A DNA stretch of 59,028 nt, filler included, from Sphacelaria rigidula (Eukaryota): assembly GCA_964200075.2 (NCBI GenBank). It is 5 parts of 5 records of this genome, joined end to end, with 100 filler letters (N's around TTAATTAATTAA, not from the genome) between each part and the next. Parts side by side here need not be neighbours in the genome. Positions count along the whole stretch, not along the records: positions 23,655 to 35,380 come from CAXNAA020004587.1; positions 35,481 to 47,204 come from CAXNAA020004588.1; 3 more parts are not named here. One strand, given 5' to 3'. Positions 27,351 through 39,615 of the stretch are shown piece by piece. The translations under genes and the position numbers were made by a program. Under the pieces are notes generated by a model. The model saw only the letters and a list, made by a program, of their open reading frames with translations, was not told where the DNA came from and made no database searches. Positions within the stretch are counted from its first letter, which is position 1. Each line of letters starts with the position of its first letter.

Positions 27351-28235
27351 GCTGCACGTATATGAGCACGATATGGTACTGTCCTGCACGGCATTGTACT
27401 GTTCAGTGTAGCACCAAACCGTGCTTATTGTTGTGGTCGTCATCGCATCATCAAAGTACGCAGTGTACAATCGCCATCGAAGTTTTTCGCGTGTTCGATC
27501 GAAAAAATGCTTGGCTATAATTGAAATTGCCAATACGGGACTACGGGTTTTTCAAAACCTGTGTGTAGGGATATATGAGGTTCATTCCGGTCTAGCAGCA
27601 TAACCACGAGCTAAAGCTAGATAGCATGGCTGTGTGTACATACACTCGAAATTAGTGTTTGAGATCTGTAACCAGCGGAAGCTGTCGAAGACTTCGATCC
27701 TCCTGCCCAATTGGTATACGAATTGGGGGGCAAGAGAATAAGTTTTCGACACTTTCTGCTGCATCTCGAATCTCATCCACTGATACGGTGCAGTATGTGG
27801 GATTTGAACGGCAAAAGCTGCCCGCAAATAAGTTCATTCTTTGCCCAATCTAACGCACTGGCGGGCAGATTTATTTCGACCAGCTTTTGGTGTACAAATT
27901 CCATTTGCGAGTGTATATGGGATTTGTACAGCCGCTGCTGCTCGAAATATATGTCCCTTTTCCCGATTCTGAATTTGGAATAAATAATTATCTCAAACAG
28001 CAGAGGCTGTACGAATTCCAGATTCTCACAGCCCCTATTCCTAAAAACGCCCAGGGGATTTCAATATTGACACAGACCTTCGAGGCCCCACAATTCACAA
28101 TCCTCTCGAGGATGGTGAATACCCAAGATCCTCTAGCGGGGATTTCAAAACGGACGGAACCGAGGATGACGTTTGGAAAATCCTCTACAAGGTAGGCAAA
28201 TGGCCGCGTGTGAAATTCCTCAATAATAGGTACCA

Positions 28236-30443
28236 CAGTTATGGGCGCGCCTGACCCCCCAAAATGAGCCAAAAAAGTGTAACCGACCAAAAGCACGAAC
28301 AGACCGCAGATCTTGTTCATCCCCTGAATATGCACGCCGTAAAATCACTCAAAGCACTTCCGATTTGAGTGGGGGATCCATTTCACGGTTTCAAAGTTTT
28401 CTCGTCCCGGAGTACGAACCATGGCGTGGCTCGGCTACTTACCGGCGTGTATTTGTGTAAGCTACGATGTTGGTGCTCAGTTTGGCGAAATAAGTTATGG
28501 TGGTCGAGAAAATCGCAAAAAAACTTTAGTTTTTCCACTTAATTCGTTATAAACCTCGGATGCTGGTGAATGAAAAAATTCCAAGCACCAAAGTTGTAGC
28601 CGTGGTTTTGGCGCAGGTGATGCAATTATTCGTTTCCCAATCGATAACCTTGGTCAGGAGTATTTTCTGAAACAGATTGGGCTATCAGCCCAAACAAGCG
28701 CCTCCAACACTCGCCAGTTTCCACGACACGCGAAAATCTCACCCCTGTTCAAGGGCCTCAGAATAGATACACCCATGAATGACTCTTGATACGCAGATGG
28801 TTGAGACATCGCATGTGTGGAATGTTCGACAGGTGTAGAATTCGAATGTTCTATCCAACCCCTAGAGGCTTCCGTGTCTACGGATATTTACCCCCATCTG
28901 TGCATCGCTTGGGATAGTGCCAATAGTCGCGCGCTCGTTCTCCTGCACCCGGTGCCATCACCACGCCACCATCGATAGCGTAGAATAGATGGCAGCAAGT
29001 ATGGACAAACGCTGAACTGAAGAAAAGAAAGCCACAGGGCAAGCTGGCGTTCAAGAAGAGAGAGCACTATCCGCAATGGCAACACACTCCAACAGCCGAT
29101 ATAGACATGATCATGAGTCGCACGAACGAAAGCAAAAATCATATTTGCGACCTTGCAGCAGCGAAGCGAACAAATCATAAAACCAAACCTAACCATAGCC
29201 ACAACAAGGGCATACCGAGAATCCTCGGGCAAGGCGGATGCAACGTGTTCCTTGAGCGAAGTGTGCGTTGGCAGACCTCAAATCGGTGCCCCAGGCCCCG
29301 CTTCAGACAAAAACGCGTTGTGGGCATGCTAGGAGCATGCTAGGAGCACAGCTCCCATGAAAAGATCCGGATTTCCGTGTTTACACTCTAATCAAGATGG
29401 ACCAACTTACCCTCCTGAATGGTCAACTAGATACTGCGTCAAGACGGCACAAAAGACAACATAAAGTCGTCGGCCCACTTTTGCTGAAGTCACATGGCAC
29501 CGAAGCCTCATTCATCCCTTTCAGTGCACCCACCCGTCCTGAGACACGCGTCCGTTGTATCGGCAGTGGTGGGTGACGGCCGACGGTTTTTCATTTCCTC
29601 TTCGAACACGATATCTTGGGAGTCCGATGAAAACCGTGCATATTCATGAAATGAAAAGGCATACCCACGGAACAACAAATACACTTGCACAGGGCGAGTC
29701 ATTCATCCGCTAGAGCTGTAAAACGATGGAGTCCGATAAATCAAACTCTTCAAAGCATGACGAGGAAGTCGACCAACATCCGCCCAGCCTACACGACACA
29801 CCCGATGTAGGGGCCGTCCTCATTGAAGTTCATCAGTACATATGATTCTGTCGCATATTGTGCATATGAGTTTGACTCAATTTTCAATCCGCGTTCCATA
29901 AAATATATGGTCCAGCGTTCCGGTTTCAGTTACTGTACCGGCGTTGGGCTACAAATGTTCATGGTTGATGTTACTTGTTTTGAGTGTGTACAGCGAGAAT
30001 CGGAATTCAGTTAGGACTGACAGTCCCGTCGGCTCCTCGTGTGAGCAGAACGTGTTTTCGTTTAAATCGGCGCCACAGGCGTAGATTTAGGCTCTACCAA
30101 GGCCTCACTTTGTTTAGAGGATGTATGTACCGCCCTTGCCCGAGGGTTCTCGGTGCGCGTTGGGTTGGGTCAACCCAACTAGCCTCGTAGCATTCCAGCG
30201 AATCGCAAGCGCGGACGAAAAGCGATGCAGTGGCATGCAACATATGAGGAACATGAAGGGAAGTAGCGATAGGGTTCTCTATATAAATTTTCGATCCATG
30301 TCGTTCTCTTCCGATGACGTAAGGCGTATTTTACCCGACGGACCTAGATAAGCCCCAAAAGTCGATCTGTTCGTGTCTTTTCGTGGTTTTGGTCGGTGAC
30401 ATTTTTTTTGCCCATTTTGGGGGGTCAGGCGCGCCCAAAACAG
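28236..30443. mobile_element. 2.2-kb Tc1/mariner-like DNA transposon with ~80-bp TIRs, internally decayed
   Basis: Left end CAGTTATGGGCGCGCCTGACCCCCCAAAATG..., right end ...CATTTTGGGGGGTCAGGCGCGCCCAAAACAG followed by TA. A third copy of the TIR at 58890 is preceded by TA. Confidence 0.78.
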
Positions 30444-31320
30444 TACAGAACAGAACACGTACTGCAAACACAGTATACAGAACTGTCTACAGACATTGTA
30501 AGAGGACAAATCTCAACTGTCACATCTTGTACTAGTGCTGTACCACACACCGACGGGTGCAGGACTTGTAAATGACCAGCAGGCGCCGAAGTGCACTGCC
30601 TGTGTGCCCAACGCAGTGTACTGTGCCGGGTTCATACCCGGAGGCTGTTTTGACGATACTGCTGCCGCGTATTCAACGGGACGGGGACAGCACAAACAAC
30701 TAGAGAGTCATGCTACGATAAGACGGGGAGTATTTGGGGCCGTTGCTTTCACTAAATTCCACTTTGAATCATCGTTGTAAGAAGCAGCGATCGTCCGAAC
30801 GCGCGTGTTACCGATAAATAACGCTCACTTATACTGCTCGACGCCGTTTTACCCATAAACAAGCGCACGGCGAGTGTGTCAGCTTGTCCGAAACACCTAT
30901 GATTGTTTTTTTCCCTGGAATCAAACACCCATCCTATCGTAGCACGGCTCTATACATGCCCTTCCGCGCTGTAAAAGTAACACCGCATGGGTGGGCGCAG
31001 AGTACAAACGCAGAATAGCAAGGCGCGATTTTTACCTCTTAAACTCATGACACCGGCCACGTGGAATTTGGAACAAAAAATACTGAACCCTGAAAAGTTG
31101 GCCACGGTCCACACATACGCGGTGAAAAAAACAAACAAACTGGGGTTTAAACGTGAACAATCCAGTCGTTTCTCGCTTATCCCTGAGATTCCGGAGGGGT
31201 TTTCTCCGAAACTCTCTATTCTGTGCATGTCGCGGCTCTTTCACCAGTGTTTGAGGCGCTGTAACGTATTGTGCAGCGTGTGACGTCACCGTCTACGTGA
31301 CGCTGAAGCTCAATCTTCTT

Positions 31321-31321
31321 G

Positions 31322-31387
<66 letters not shown>
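31321..31387. repeat. (GTT)n/(CAA)n microsatellite
   Basis: Directly visible. Confidence 0.98.
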
Positions 31388-32172
31388 ATTCNNNNNNNNN
31401 NCATTAAAAACCGTTCCGATATCTGCGCGGTACATTCGTACTGGGCATCTGATGCGGACGCCTTCCGCGGTCACAGGCTAGCTACCTATAATAAGGTATG
31501 AGGGAATCAGACAATACCAAAAAAACAAAATAGACCTAGATTAAAACTCACAAAACTCGATACCAGCAAAACAGGGAAAAATAATGAAGAGGAAAGAGAA
31601 TACATATGGCTAACCTCAGAAGATCCGGTGCCGCAGGTGACCATTCGGACTTCAGGGTGGCACCCGGCTTTCCAACTTGACGTGCGAGGCCGAGTAGAAA
31701 TGAACTTAGGGTCCGGCTACGAGCGATACTCAAGGACCCAAATACCACCAACCAAAGAACTAAGAATCTCAAGGTTCCATCTTTCGACCTCTCGAGGGAC
31801 AGCCATACGTACAAGCATACCAGGTGTATCAAGACAAGAACTGCATGACATAACGACACCCCTCATCCGGGGGGTTCACCCCCCACTCCCCCCTTCTCTG
31901 GGCCGTCGTCAGTGCTGTATTATGTGGGCTTCGTTGGTCTCCCATCTAATCGCACGCAGTCGGCTGGCCTCCTCTTCATTTCTATGCCATGAGGTCATGA
32001 ACCTCTCCGCTCCCTGCAGCACTCCCACGCGCCACAGCAACCCCCCCTCCTCATTCGCTGCTGAGGGCCATAGGACGCAGTCAATCCCGAGTGCCTGGTG
32101 GTTGTCGTCCGTAGAGCCGTCTGTGGCTCCGAAAGCATGGAGGTCGTCCCTCAGGCACTTCAGCCAGTTTTA
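31321..32172 (-). mobile_element. 3' fragment of a LINE (RTE-like ORF2 C-terminus, 3' UTR and probable (CAA)n tail)
   Basis: The minus frame reads NWLKCLRDDLHAFG...W..AA...W..GVLQGAERFMTSWHRNEEEASR, a LINE ORF2 C-terminal pattern. It is followed by a UTR-like stretch and (CAA)n at 31321-31387, across a 10-N gap. Confidence 0.65.
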
Positions 32173-32204
32173 GGATTGGAAAATTCATCGCAAACTTAAA
32201 GTGT

Positions 32205-32525
32205 CACCGCTTCATGTAACGTGTTTGTGACGTTTCGTGTAACGTGTAACGTTAATGCACGAGTAACGTGTAATACACGTTACACGTGATATGAAACGTT
32301 TCATATTATGTGTTTTGAAAGTTCGGGCAATTTAATGTTCACATTACGTTACGTATGTCACGTAAAACAATTAACGCTACGTTAACGTTTCGTTTGAAAA
32401 CTTAACGTTTAATTCACTTCACGTTCATCAAGTAAAACGTTTTTAGCGTTCACGTTACGTTTCGGCCAAAACGAAACGTGAACGTAACGTGTAACGCTAT
32501 GGCACGTGTAACGTGTATATCCCTG
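32205..32525. mobile_element. hAT-like DNA transposon terminus with dense AACGT/GTTAC subterminal repeats
   Basis: Many TAACGT/ACGTTA motifs in both orientations, ending in ...TATATCCCTG (CAGGG- terminus on the minus strand), directly abutting the Gypsy RT. Confidence 0.6.
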
Positions 32526-35275
32526 GAAAAAAGGCCTTCGTCACAGAGAAGGGTAAATGGGTTTTTAACCGATTGCCGTTCGGCTTGGCATCTTCCCCGC
32601 TCATTTTCTCGCGAACAATGGATCTTACGTTCTTGCACTTTGGGCTAAGAGCAGTCTGTTAGAGTACATGGATGATTTAATTGCCTGTTCCTCCACGTGT
32701 GAAAGCCACCTGACTCTACTGGAAGACGTGTTCAAAGCACTGAAAAAAGCCGGTCTTACTCCCAAGCCCTTTAAGGTACAGTTTGGACCTAAGGAGGTCA
32801 AGTACCTCGGCTATACCTTGTCCGCTGACGGGATCAAAATCGGGGAAGATCGCGTGAAGGCCATATTAGATTTACCCTCACCAACCAATATCAAGCAATT
32901 GCGGTCAGTGTTAGGCACGATCAACTTTGTGTGGAAATTTATTCCGAATCTCTCACCGGTAATCGGGCCGCTGGTAGATCCCACGAAAAAAGAGGCATCC
33001 AAGGAAGCAGCAAAACGCTGGAATGCCGAACGCGATGCAGCTTTCGCAAAGTAAAATGGCTTCTCACCACTACTCCCGTCCTTCAGTTCACAGATTTTTC
33101 ACAAATACTTCATCATGCAAGTGGACGCGTCGGGAGAGGGCGCTGGCTCGGTGCTAACCCAAGATAAGGATGGCAAAACTGCAATTGGAGCGTATTTCAG
33201 TCAGCTTTTTCATCATGCTCAGCGGCACTACTCTGCCAAACACAAATAATGTTATGCAGTTATATTGACTATACAACACTGGAGGCCATTCGTATGGGGA
33301 CGACTTTTCATGTGTGGAACAGACCATGCAGCACTACGGTACCTCTATTCCATGCAAGACACGAGTAACATGTTGACAAGATGGGTAATAGTTTACAGTC
33401 ATTTGACTTTACTGTGAAGCACAAACCGCGAAATTACATTGTGTTATGAACACTCTGTCGAGGCTTCTTCAGTTCAAAAAGGAGCAAAATTATGAGGCCA
33501 AATCCCTGCTCGCGCCAATTTGTCGGGACGTCCCAGAGGACCCCGCATTACACGCGAAGAAGCCGCACTAACTGTTTCAAATTGCAGCGGAAAAACTGGA
33601 TAATCTGAAAGTAGTGCAGAGCGACAGATAACGTTTTACCGTCAAGGCTACTCACACGAGCGTTACACATATTTTCACGTCTGTAGACAAAGACAAGTTG
33701 CGAACCGAACAGGCAAAATAACATGGTTATTATTTTCTCTATCTGACAGACGACCACGCACCGTTACCGGAAAAGGAGACCCTGACATCTATTTCCTATT
33801 TTGTGCTCCGTGACGGTATTCTGTTCTGGTCATACTTGCCGGTGCACCTTCGAAAAAAAGGCACCTATCGCGATAGACTAGTGCCACCAGACGCTCTGGT
33901 TGATTTCGTTTCGCACTCATATCACGATCACATGTTGTCTGGAGGTCACCTAGCTTTCAAACCAACCTATGAAAAGATTAAGAATGAAAATGACTGGCCG
34001 ACAATGAGCCAAGATGTGCAAAAATGGTGTCAACGTTGCCATTCCTGTCCGAGGTGAAGGACGGCCGATAACCGTCCGAAATTACTTGTAGGCCACATAA
34101 CTGTAAACAGGCCTTTTGAGCGGATATTGATAGACCTAGTCGAATACAAGACGGTTTCAAACTCGTCAGCTGGTGTACCATGCGAATACATTATGTCTGC
34201 AATGTACCCTCTGGCATGATATGCACTGTTTATTCCCATTCCAAACAAATCAGCCAGTACTGTGGAAAGAATGCCGGTGGACCGTGTCTTCACGACATGT
34301 GCGATACCAGAAAAAATACATTCCGATCAGGGCAAAGAATTTGAGAACCAGGTAATATACCAGTTGCAGTTGATCCTTAAGTTCGACAAAACACGCACGA
34401 CACCGTTCCGGCCTAAAAGCAACTCTGTTTCAGAACGCGTAGACTCGAATTTACATGCTATGTTAGCCATGCATAGCTCCGTCAAACAAGACAACTGGAT
34501 GACTATACTACCCTTCGTGCAAATAGCGTATAATACACTTCCAACACCACAGTGCAAGAAACTCTCTATTTACTCATGTTCGGACGTCAACCAAAATTAC
34601 CTGTCGACATTATTATGGCTTTCCCGAAAAAGAGCACGCTGTGGATGCTGAACAACACGCGAAAGAGACAAAAGACAACTTGCAGCTAGCTTTGAAATTG
34701 CAAGACGCAACTTGGAAAAACGAGCAGACAAACAAAAGGCGAGCAATGCTAAGCTCAAGCTATATCCAGTCTTTAAACATGGCCAACAAGTTCTACTTTT
34801 CAAGCCACACCAAGACACAGACGGTTCGAATTCAAAGTTGGTGTTACCATGGCGGGGACTATCAAAGATCGTCAAACAAATTTCTCCGGTTGTCTATACG
34901 TAAGGTCAAGATAAGCGAGGATGCTAAAGAGACGTCAGCACACCTCGCTCACCTTCAGTAATATTATCCACGAGAACGACCCCCAGCTCCGAAGGTTGAC
35001 CGACTCGACAAGTACTTCCTAGCAAAAAAGTACCCCTTCCTCAACTTGACTGTCCAGAAGTAACGAAACCAAGAATTGAACGTTACGTCGTTGACAAGGT
35101 GGTGGGCCACAAACGAGGTCCGGGAAGAAAGAGCCGTCAAAATTACAAGTACCGTCTCCGTCTTCGAGGCTACGGGCCATCAGCAGACTCAGAGTACCGG
35201 GCGAAGAAGATACGACAATGTCCACAACTCATAAGTACGTATCGAATAAGACACAAGTTGAATAATACGCGCTAG
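32526..35275 (+). mobile_element. Degenerate Ty3/Gypsy (chromovirus-like) pol: RT-RNaseH-integrase-chromodomain, with frameshifts and stops
   Basis: RT: AFVT..G.W.F.RLPFGL, YMDD, VKYLG. RNase H: QVDAS..GAGSVLTQ, TDHAAL. Integrase: HDH..GGH..C..C, IDLV, HSDQGKEF, NSVSER, KLVLPWRG. Chromo-like C-terminus: YVVDKVVGHK...YKYRLRLRGYG. Confidence 0.92.
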
Positions 35276-36337
35276 CTTGACTCGCCATCTCAAAATTCGG
35301 AGGAAAGATAAACAATTATAGAACAGCCGATCATCCATGTTGAGGATGGAGATTTTCATTGAGGATGAGAACCCGGAGGANNNNNNNNNNNNNNNNNNNN
35401 NNNNNNNNNNNNNNNNNNNNNNNNTTAATTAATTAANNNNNNNNNNNNNNNNNNNNNNNNNNNNNNNNNNNNNNNNNNNNTTTTTTTGCATCAATACCGA
35501 GTAGCTCCCCCTCCCCTACCCCCCGGTGTGTGCTCCGTCTCGAAAGGGATGCGTGGTCAATGGTCAAACGACTACGGCATGCAACAAATGGGCACGCCAC
35601 CCCCCCCCGGTGTTTTTGTGGCGAAAATATTTTGTTCCCCCGCGCACAGGGTGACCGTAATAAATATGTGAAAAAATATCTCCTACCCGACTGCACGACA
35701 AATAAACATACGGTATAATCCTTGTCGTTTGGCGCAGATGCCATTGATGATGAAAGACCTCGTCTGCGGGTTTCAGACCTCGTCTGCGGGTTTCAGTGTG
35801 TCCTAGGCTAATTTCTTGGCGTCGTCACTTCAAACAGAACCGAAAAGGGCTCATAGATGCTGTATACTTTCCATATTTTCACATTAGAGCGTAGCTCCCA
35901 TAAACAGCTTTCAAAAACAGTAGGATCGCCGCCTTCCGAGAAGTCGCCCTCTATGACAACAAAATGGTGAACGATCAGGCGTTTGAACACACCGTCGCAA
36001 TATGGTGCACGTTAGGGGAGGAGCTCTCGTCATACCATTCGAACATGTCATCAATATCCCTCGTCACTGTGCCTTCGATGCATGCACGTGCCCTCAGATG
36101 ACGGGTCGGGTGGCAACAAGACTGACGAAGAGAGCGGCGATGGCGACGAAGTGAACTTGGAGAGCGGCGAGTACGCCGGCGAGGGAGGCGGCCAGCAGAG
36201 CGGTCCGGTTGACGAAAGACGCGCATAGTCGAGTTTGCTGGGTAGACGTTGACGGCGGCCTCGCCGCAGAATACCTTTTTTGTGACGGCCCTTCCGTCGT
36301 GGAAATGTATTTTGTGAGGCCGCTGCTTACAAATTTA

Positions 36338-36776
36338 CAGAGAAAAATAACATATGAAGAAGTGCCCTTTTGAGGCTTTTACGTCGTTATACGCTGAAAG
36401 AGAGCCAGGCGGAGTTTGACACCTTGGAGTGACTTGCTCTACTCGTCGAGGCAGATCCAGGACATCTTCCCGTTTTCCGGTGGCCGCCGGTTTTATTTTG
36501 ATTAAACGAGAATTCATGTCCAAGAACGGTCAAAAACACAATCATATCTCGAAAAAATCGGCAATATTTTCTGGTCTTGACCGTTGTTGGACGAGAAATT
36601 TCCTCCGACTAAAATAAGAACTGCGGCCACGGGAAAACGGGGAGATGTCTTGGAACCGACTCAACTAGTTGAGCAAGTCATTCCAAGGTGTCAAACTCCG
36701 CCTGGCTCTCTTCTAGAGAGTAAACCGACGTCGAAGCTCCAAGAAGGCATTTCCCCAGTTTTGTTTTTGTTATCTG
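36338..36776. mobile_element. Foldback/MITE element, near-complete palindrome (~200-bp arms)
   Basis: 36400-36439 is the reverse complement of 36671-36710 with one mismatch. Similarity continues inward to ~36535/36575 and outward to the CAG...CTG ends. Confidence 0.85.
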
Positions 36777-37779
36777 TTATAGGGAGCGGCCTGAGGCGGA
36801 AGGTTGCGTGGAGATGGGAACGGGAAAAAAATGACGGGGAGAGGGGGGGGGGCAAGACTGGCGTCTGCTTTTCTTTTCACTTTCAGTATGACGGAAGTCA
36901 TCGTCCGAATTTTCAATGCCGCACGGACTTTGATGCGCGCGTACCGACATGAGCGTCTGGATACTTGAGCTCATTTCGATGGTCAGCAGGTTTCGGTCTG
37001 ACCTTTGTCGGGATAGGGGCAACGCGTATGTTCGAATGAGTCATTTCATGAGTGGCACTGGTCTTCTGCGTGTATCCCTTGTTTGGCGACGTTCCACGGC
37101 AGCAGTTGTCTTGTTGAAGGTGTTGTGTTTCTTTTTCTTGGGGGTACGCAGGTTCTGAGTACTTGTTGTATCTCTGCATAGAAAGCAAATCGTTGAATTG
37201 TGGGTGGGTGGCGCCGGATTCCATCTTGTCGAGGCGGGCTCTCGAGCCCATTGGCTCGTGCACAGGTATTCAGCCCGTGGACAACAGTGTGATTATGTGC
37301 TCGTGAAATTGAGAGATCGTTGATCGAAAGTGGGTTTTATCATTCGCTGTAGCTTTACCGATGTTTCAGTCGGTGTGGGCTTTTCTTTGCTGGTAGCACT
37401 GGGGTGCGCTTCCAGCTACACGTCGATATCCTACTCGGTGGTATCAAGGGCTGCAGTGGCAATCTACTACATGATGAAGCGTATCGGGCCTCATGTAGGG
37501 ACATTTCGGAATTGAAACGAATAATTCAGTAATTGACCGCTTCTTACTATCAGTCGTATCCTCCACTTTCAATTTCACAAGAATAAATTACATTGATATG
37601 TCCCTCCTGTTGTGTCAGGGAGTCATATAACCGTGCAGAGGATCTAATATCATGCCATCGGCCTCTATGGGGCGCCCTCAACTCCTGTGAAGGGCTTGCT
37701 GATGCCCTTCGCCTCCTACGGGATGTAGGGGTTGACATCCCGCTAAAGTCTTGGCTCCCCTTTCGCCTCCAGAGTATTG

Positions 37780-38270
37780 TCCACCCCTCGCCCTTCTGGA
37801 GGGATGTTTGTTCTGTATCTCTAGAGGGAACTGGAAGTGATCCCGTCTCTCCAGAGGACAGCGCAACCTACCTGCCTGGAGGTTCGCCTTTTTCGCCCCG
37901 TCCCTCCAGGGTGACTTCGGGGATATCCTTTGGAGGGAACAGGGGTGATGTCCTCCCTTCAGAGGGGGGCGAAACTGACGATTCTGGATAACGCCGTCTC
38001 CCTGAAGTGACTCCGTAAATGCCCTTTTTAGGGAACGGGGGGGATATCTTCCCTCCAGAGGGCAGCAAAGCCTGCTATTGTGGAGGCTCTCCGTCCCTCC
38101 AGAAGGACTCCGTGAATACCCTCTGGATGGTACAAGGGGGAAGTCGTCCCTCCAGAGGGCAGCTAAATTTATCATTTGGAGGCTCGCCGTCCCTCCAGAG
38201 GGAGTCCGTGGATGCCCTCTGGAGGGAACAGGGGGGTTGTCCTTCGTCTAGAGGGCAAACAAAACCACCA
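37780..38270. repeat. Degenerate ~96-bp tandem repeat rich in CCCTCCAGAGGG
   Basis: The motif recurs at ~38051/38148/38245 and ~38095/38191. Confidence 0.7.
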
Positions 38271-39387
38271 TTCAAGAGGGGCGGAGAGGAGAGCAAAATG
38301 GCCGCGTGTGTTGGAGTGATCTCCCCAGTGACGGCGAGGCGGGATTTATCGATCAGTTCCGAACGACCAGTGGGGGCTGTCGCCGGGAGTGATGTCACTG
38401 CCAAGTTGGTGTGTGTACCCTGTCCCGGACCCACAAAAAGCCTTCGAAACAAAAGAAAACCCAGGTGGTCCAGGATATGTTTCTCGATTTTTCGTCTCCA
38501 TTTACTTGTATTCTATATAGGTCCGACCTCCACGCCCCCGATTTGTTTGGGGCACCATTCTACAGTAACACCTAGGTGGTTGCACTAACACAGGGTGCTC
38601 AGGGAAACTTCGGGAATAAATGTACCCTACTATATATCAGGTCATGTTCACAAGGCGTGTGAATCTAGCAACGCTGTGGGACGAGAGACGGAGCTAGAGG
38701 CATGAGTTCTACGTATCACTCTGTCGACACGGTATAAGCGGCGGTGAGGTCGTATGTGATCGACGGGAACGAACAAGCTGTGTACAGGCAGCTGATCTTC
38801 GTGGCGGAGAACTGCCCAGAACGTGTCAGGGAGTATGCAGCGGCAGCTGCTGCTGCATTCGAAGAGGTGTTTTGTACTGTATGTGCGGCGTAACGCCCAT
38901 GTCGTTCGATTAAAATTTACCGCTTGCGACGAAGAGGGAAACCGCGGCCCACCCCGATCACAAAGGGCTGTGTGGTAAGGTGGTGGGGACAATATCCAAG
39001 GCCACAAGTGGCGGACGGTGGTCGCCACATCCTGATCAAAGCTCTCCACGGCGACTCATAATACTTGATACATCGGCACATCACCTGATGCGCACAACAC
39101 CCGAATTACAGTACAGTTTATACCTGCACCTGAAAATAGACTGGATGGAACTTTCGGTCTTCCTCTAACCCTGTGGTTACATACATACGTGGATTGTCAG
39201 CAACATGAAGCCACTGTTTTTTGCATATGCACTACACGTCATTCCTAGCCAGCCTCATTGGCCATTCTGGAGGCCCAGTCCCAAACGGCTTGATGATGTT
39301 CCTCATCCTGTACGAGTACGATTAGTGATGGGTTGCGTGCAAATGTCTATCGAGTGAATATGCTGTGCTGCTACTCGTAGTTGTCTC

Positions 39388-39615
39388 CAGTAGCCTGTAG
39401 ACAACGATTCATAACCTTGTGCGACTAGTCGCCTGTAGAATACTCGACGAGTGTTCGGAAACTAGGCGCCTATGGACGACTACTGGACGAACTCCCTGTG
39501 CGACGGGTTGCCTGTAGACGACTACTGAACGAGACGCATGTGCAACTAGTCGCTCGTAGACGACTATTGAAAGTGAACCCCGTACCACTAGTCGCCTGAA
39601 GACGACTACTCAATT
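39388..39615. repeat. ~41-42-bp periodic array: conserved 29-bp core + variable linker
   Basis: Core GTGCGACTAGTCGCCTGTAGACGACTACT starts at 39419, 39457, 39498, 39540 and 39582, with a partial copy at 39388. Confidence 0.8.

Noticed and set aside
31216-31501. Poly-Q / poly-C ORFs
   Set aside because: Translations of the (GTT)n microsatellite across a gap.
39388-39615. CRISPR array
   Set aside because: Repeats are degenerate, spacers are only ~12 nt, there are no cas genes and the context is eukaryotic.
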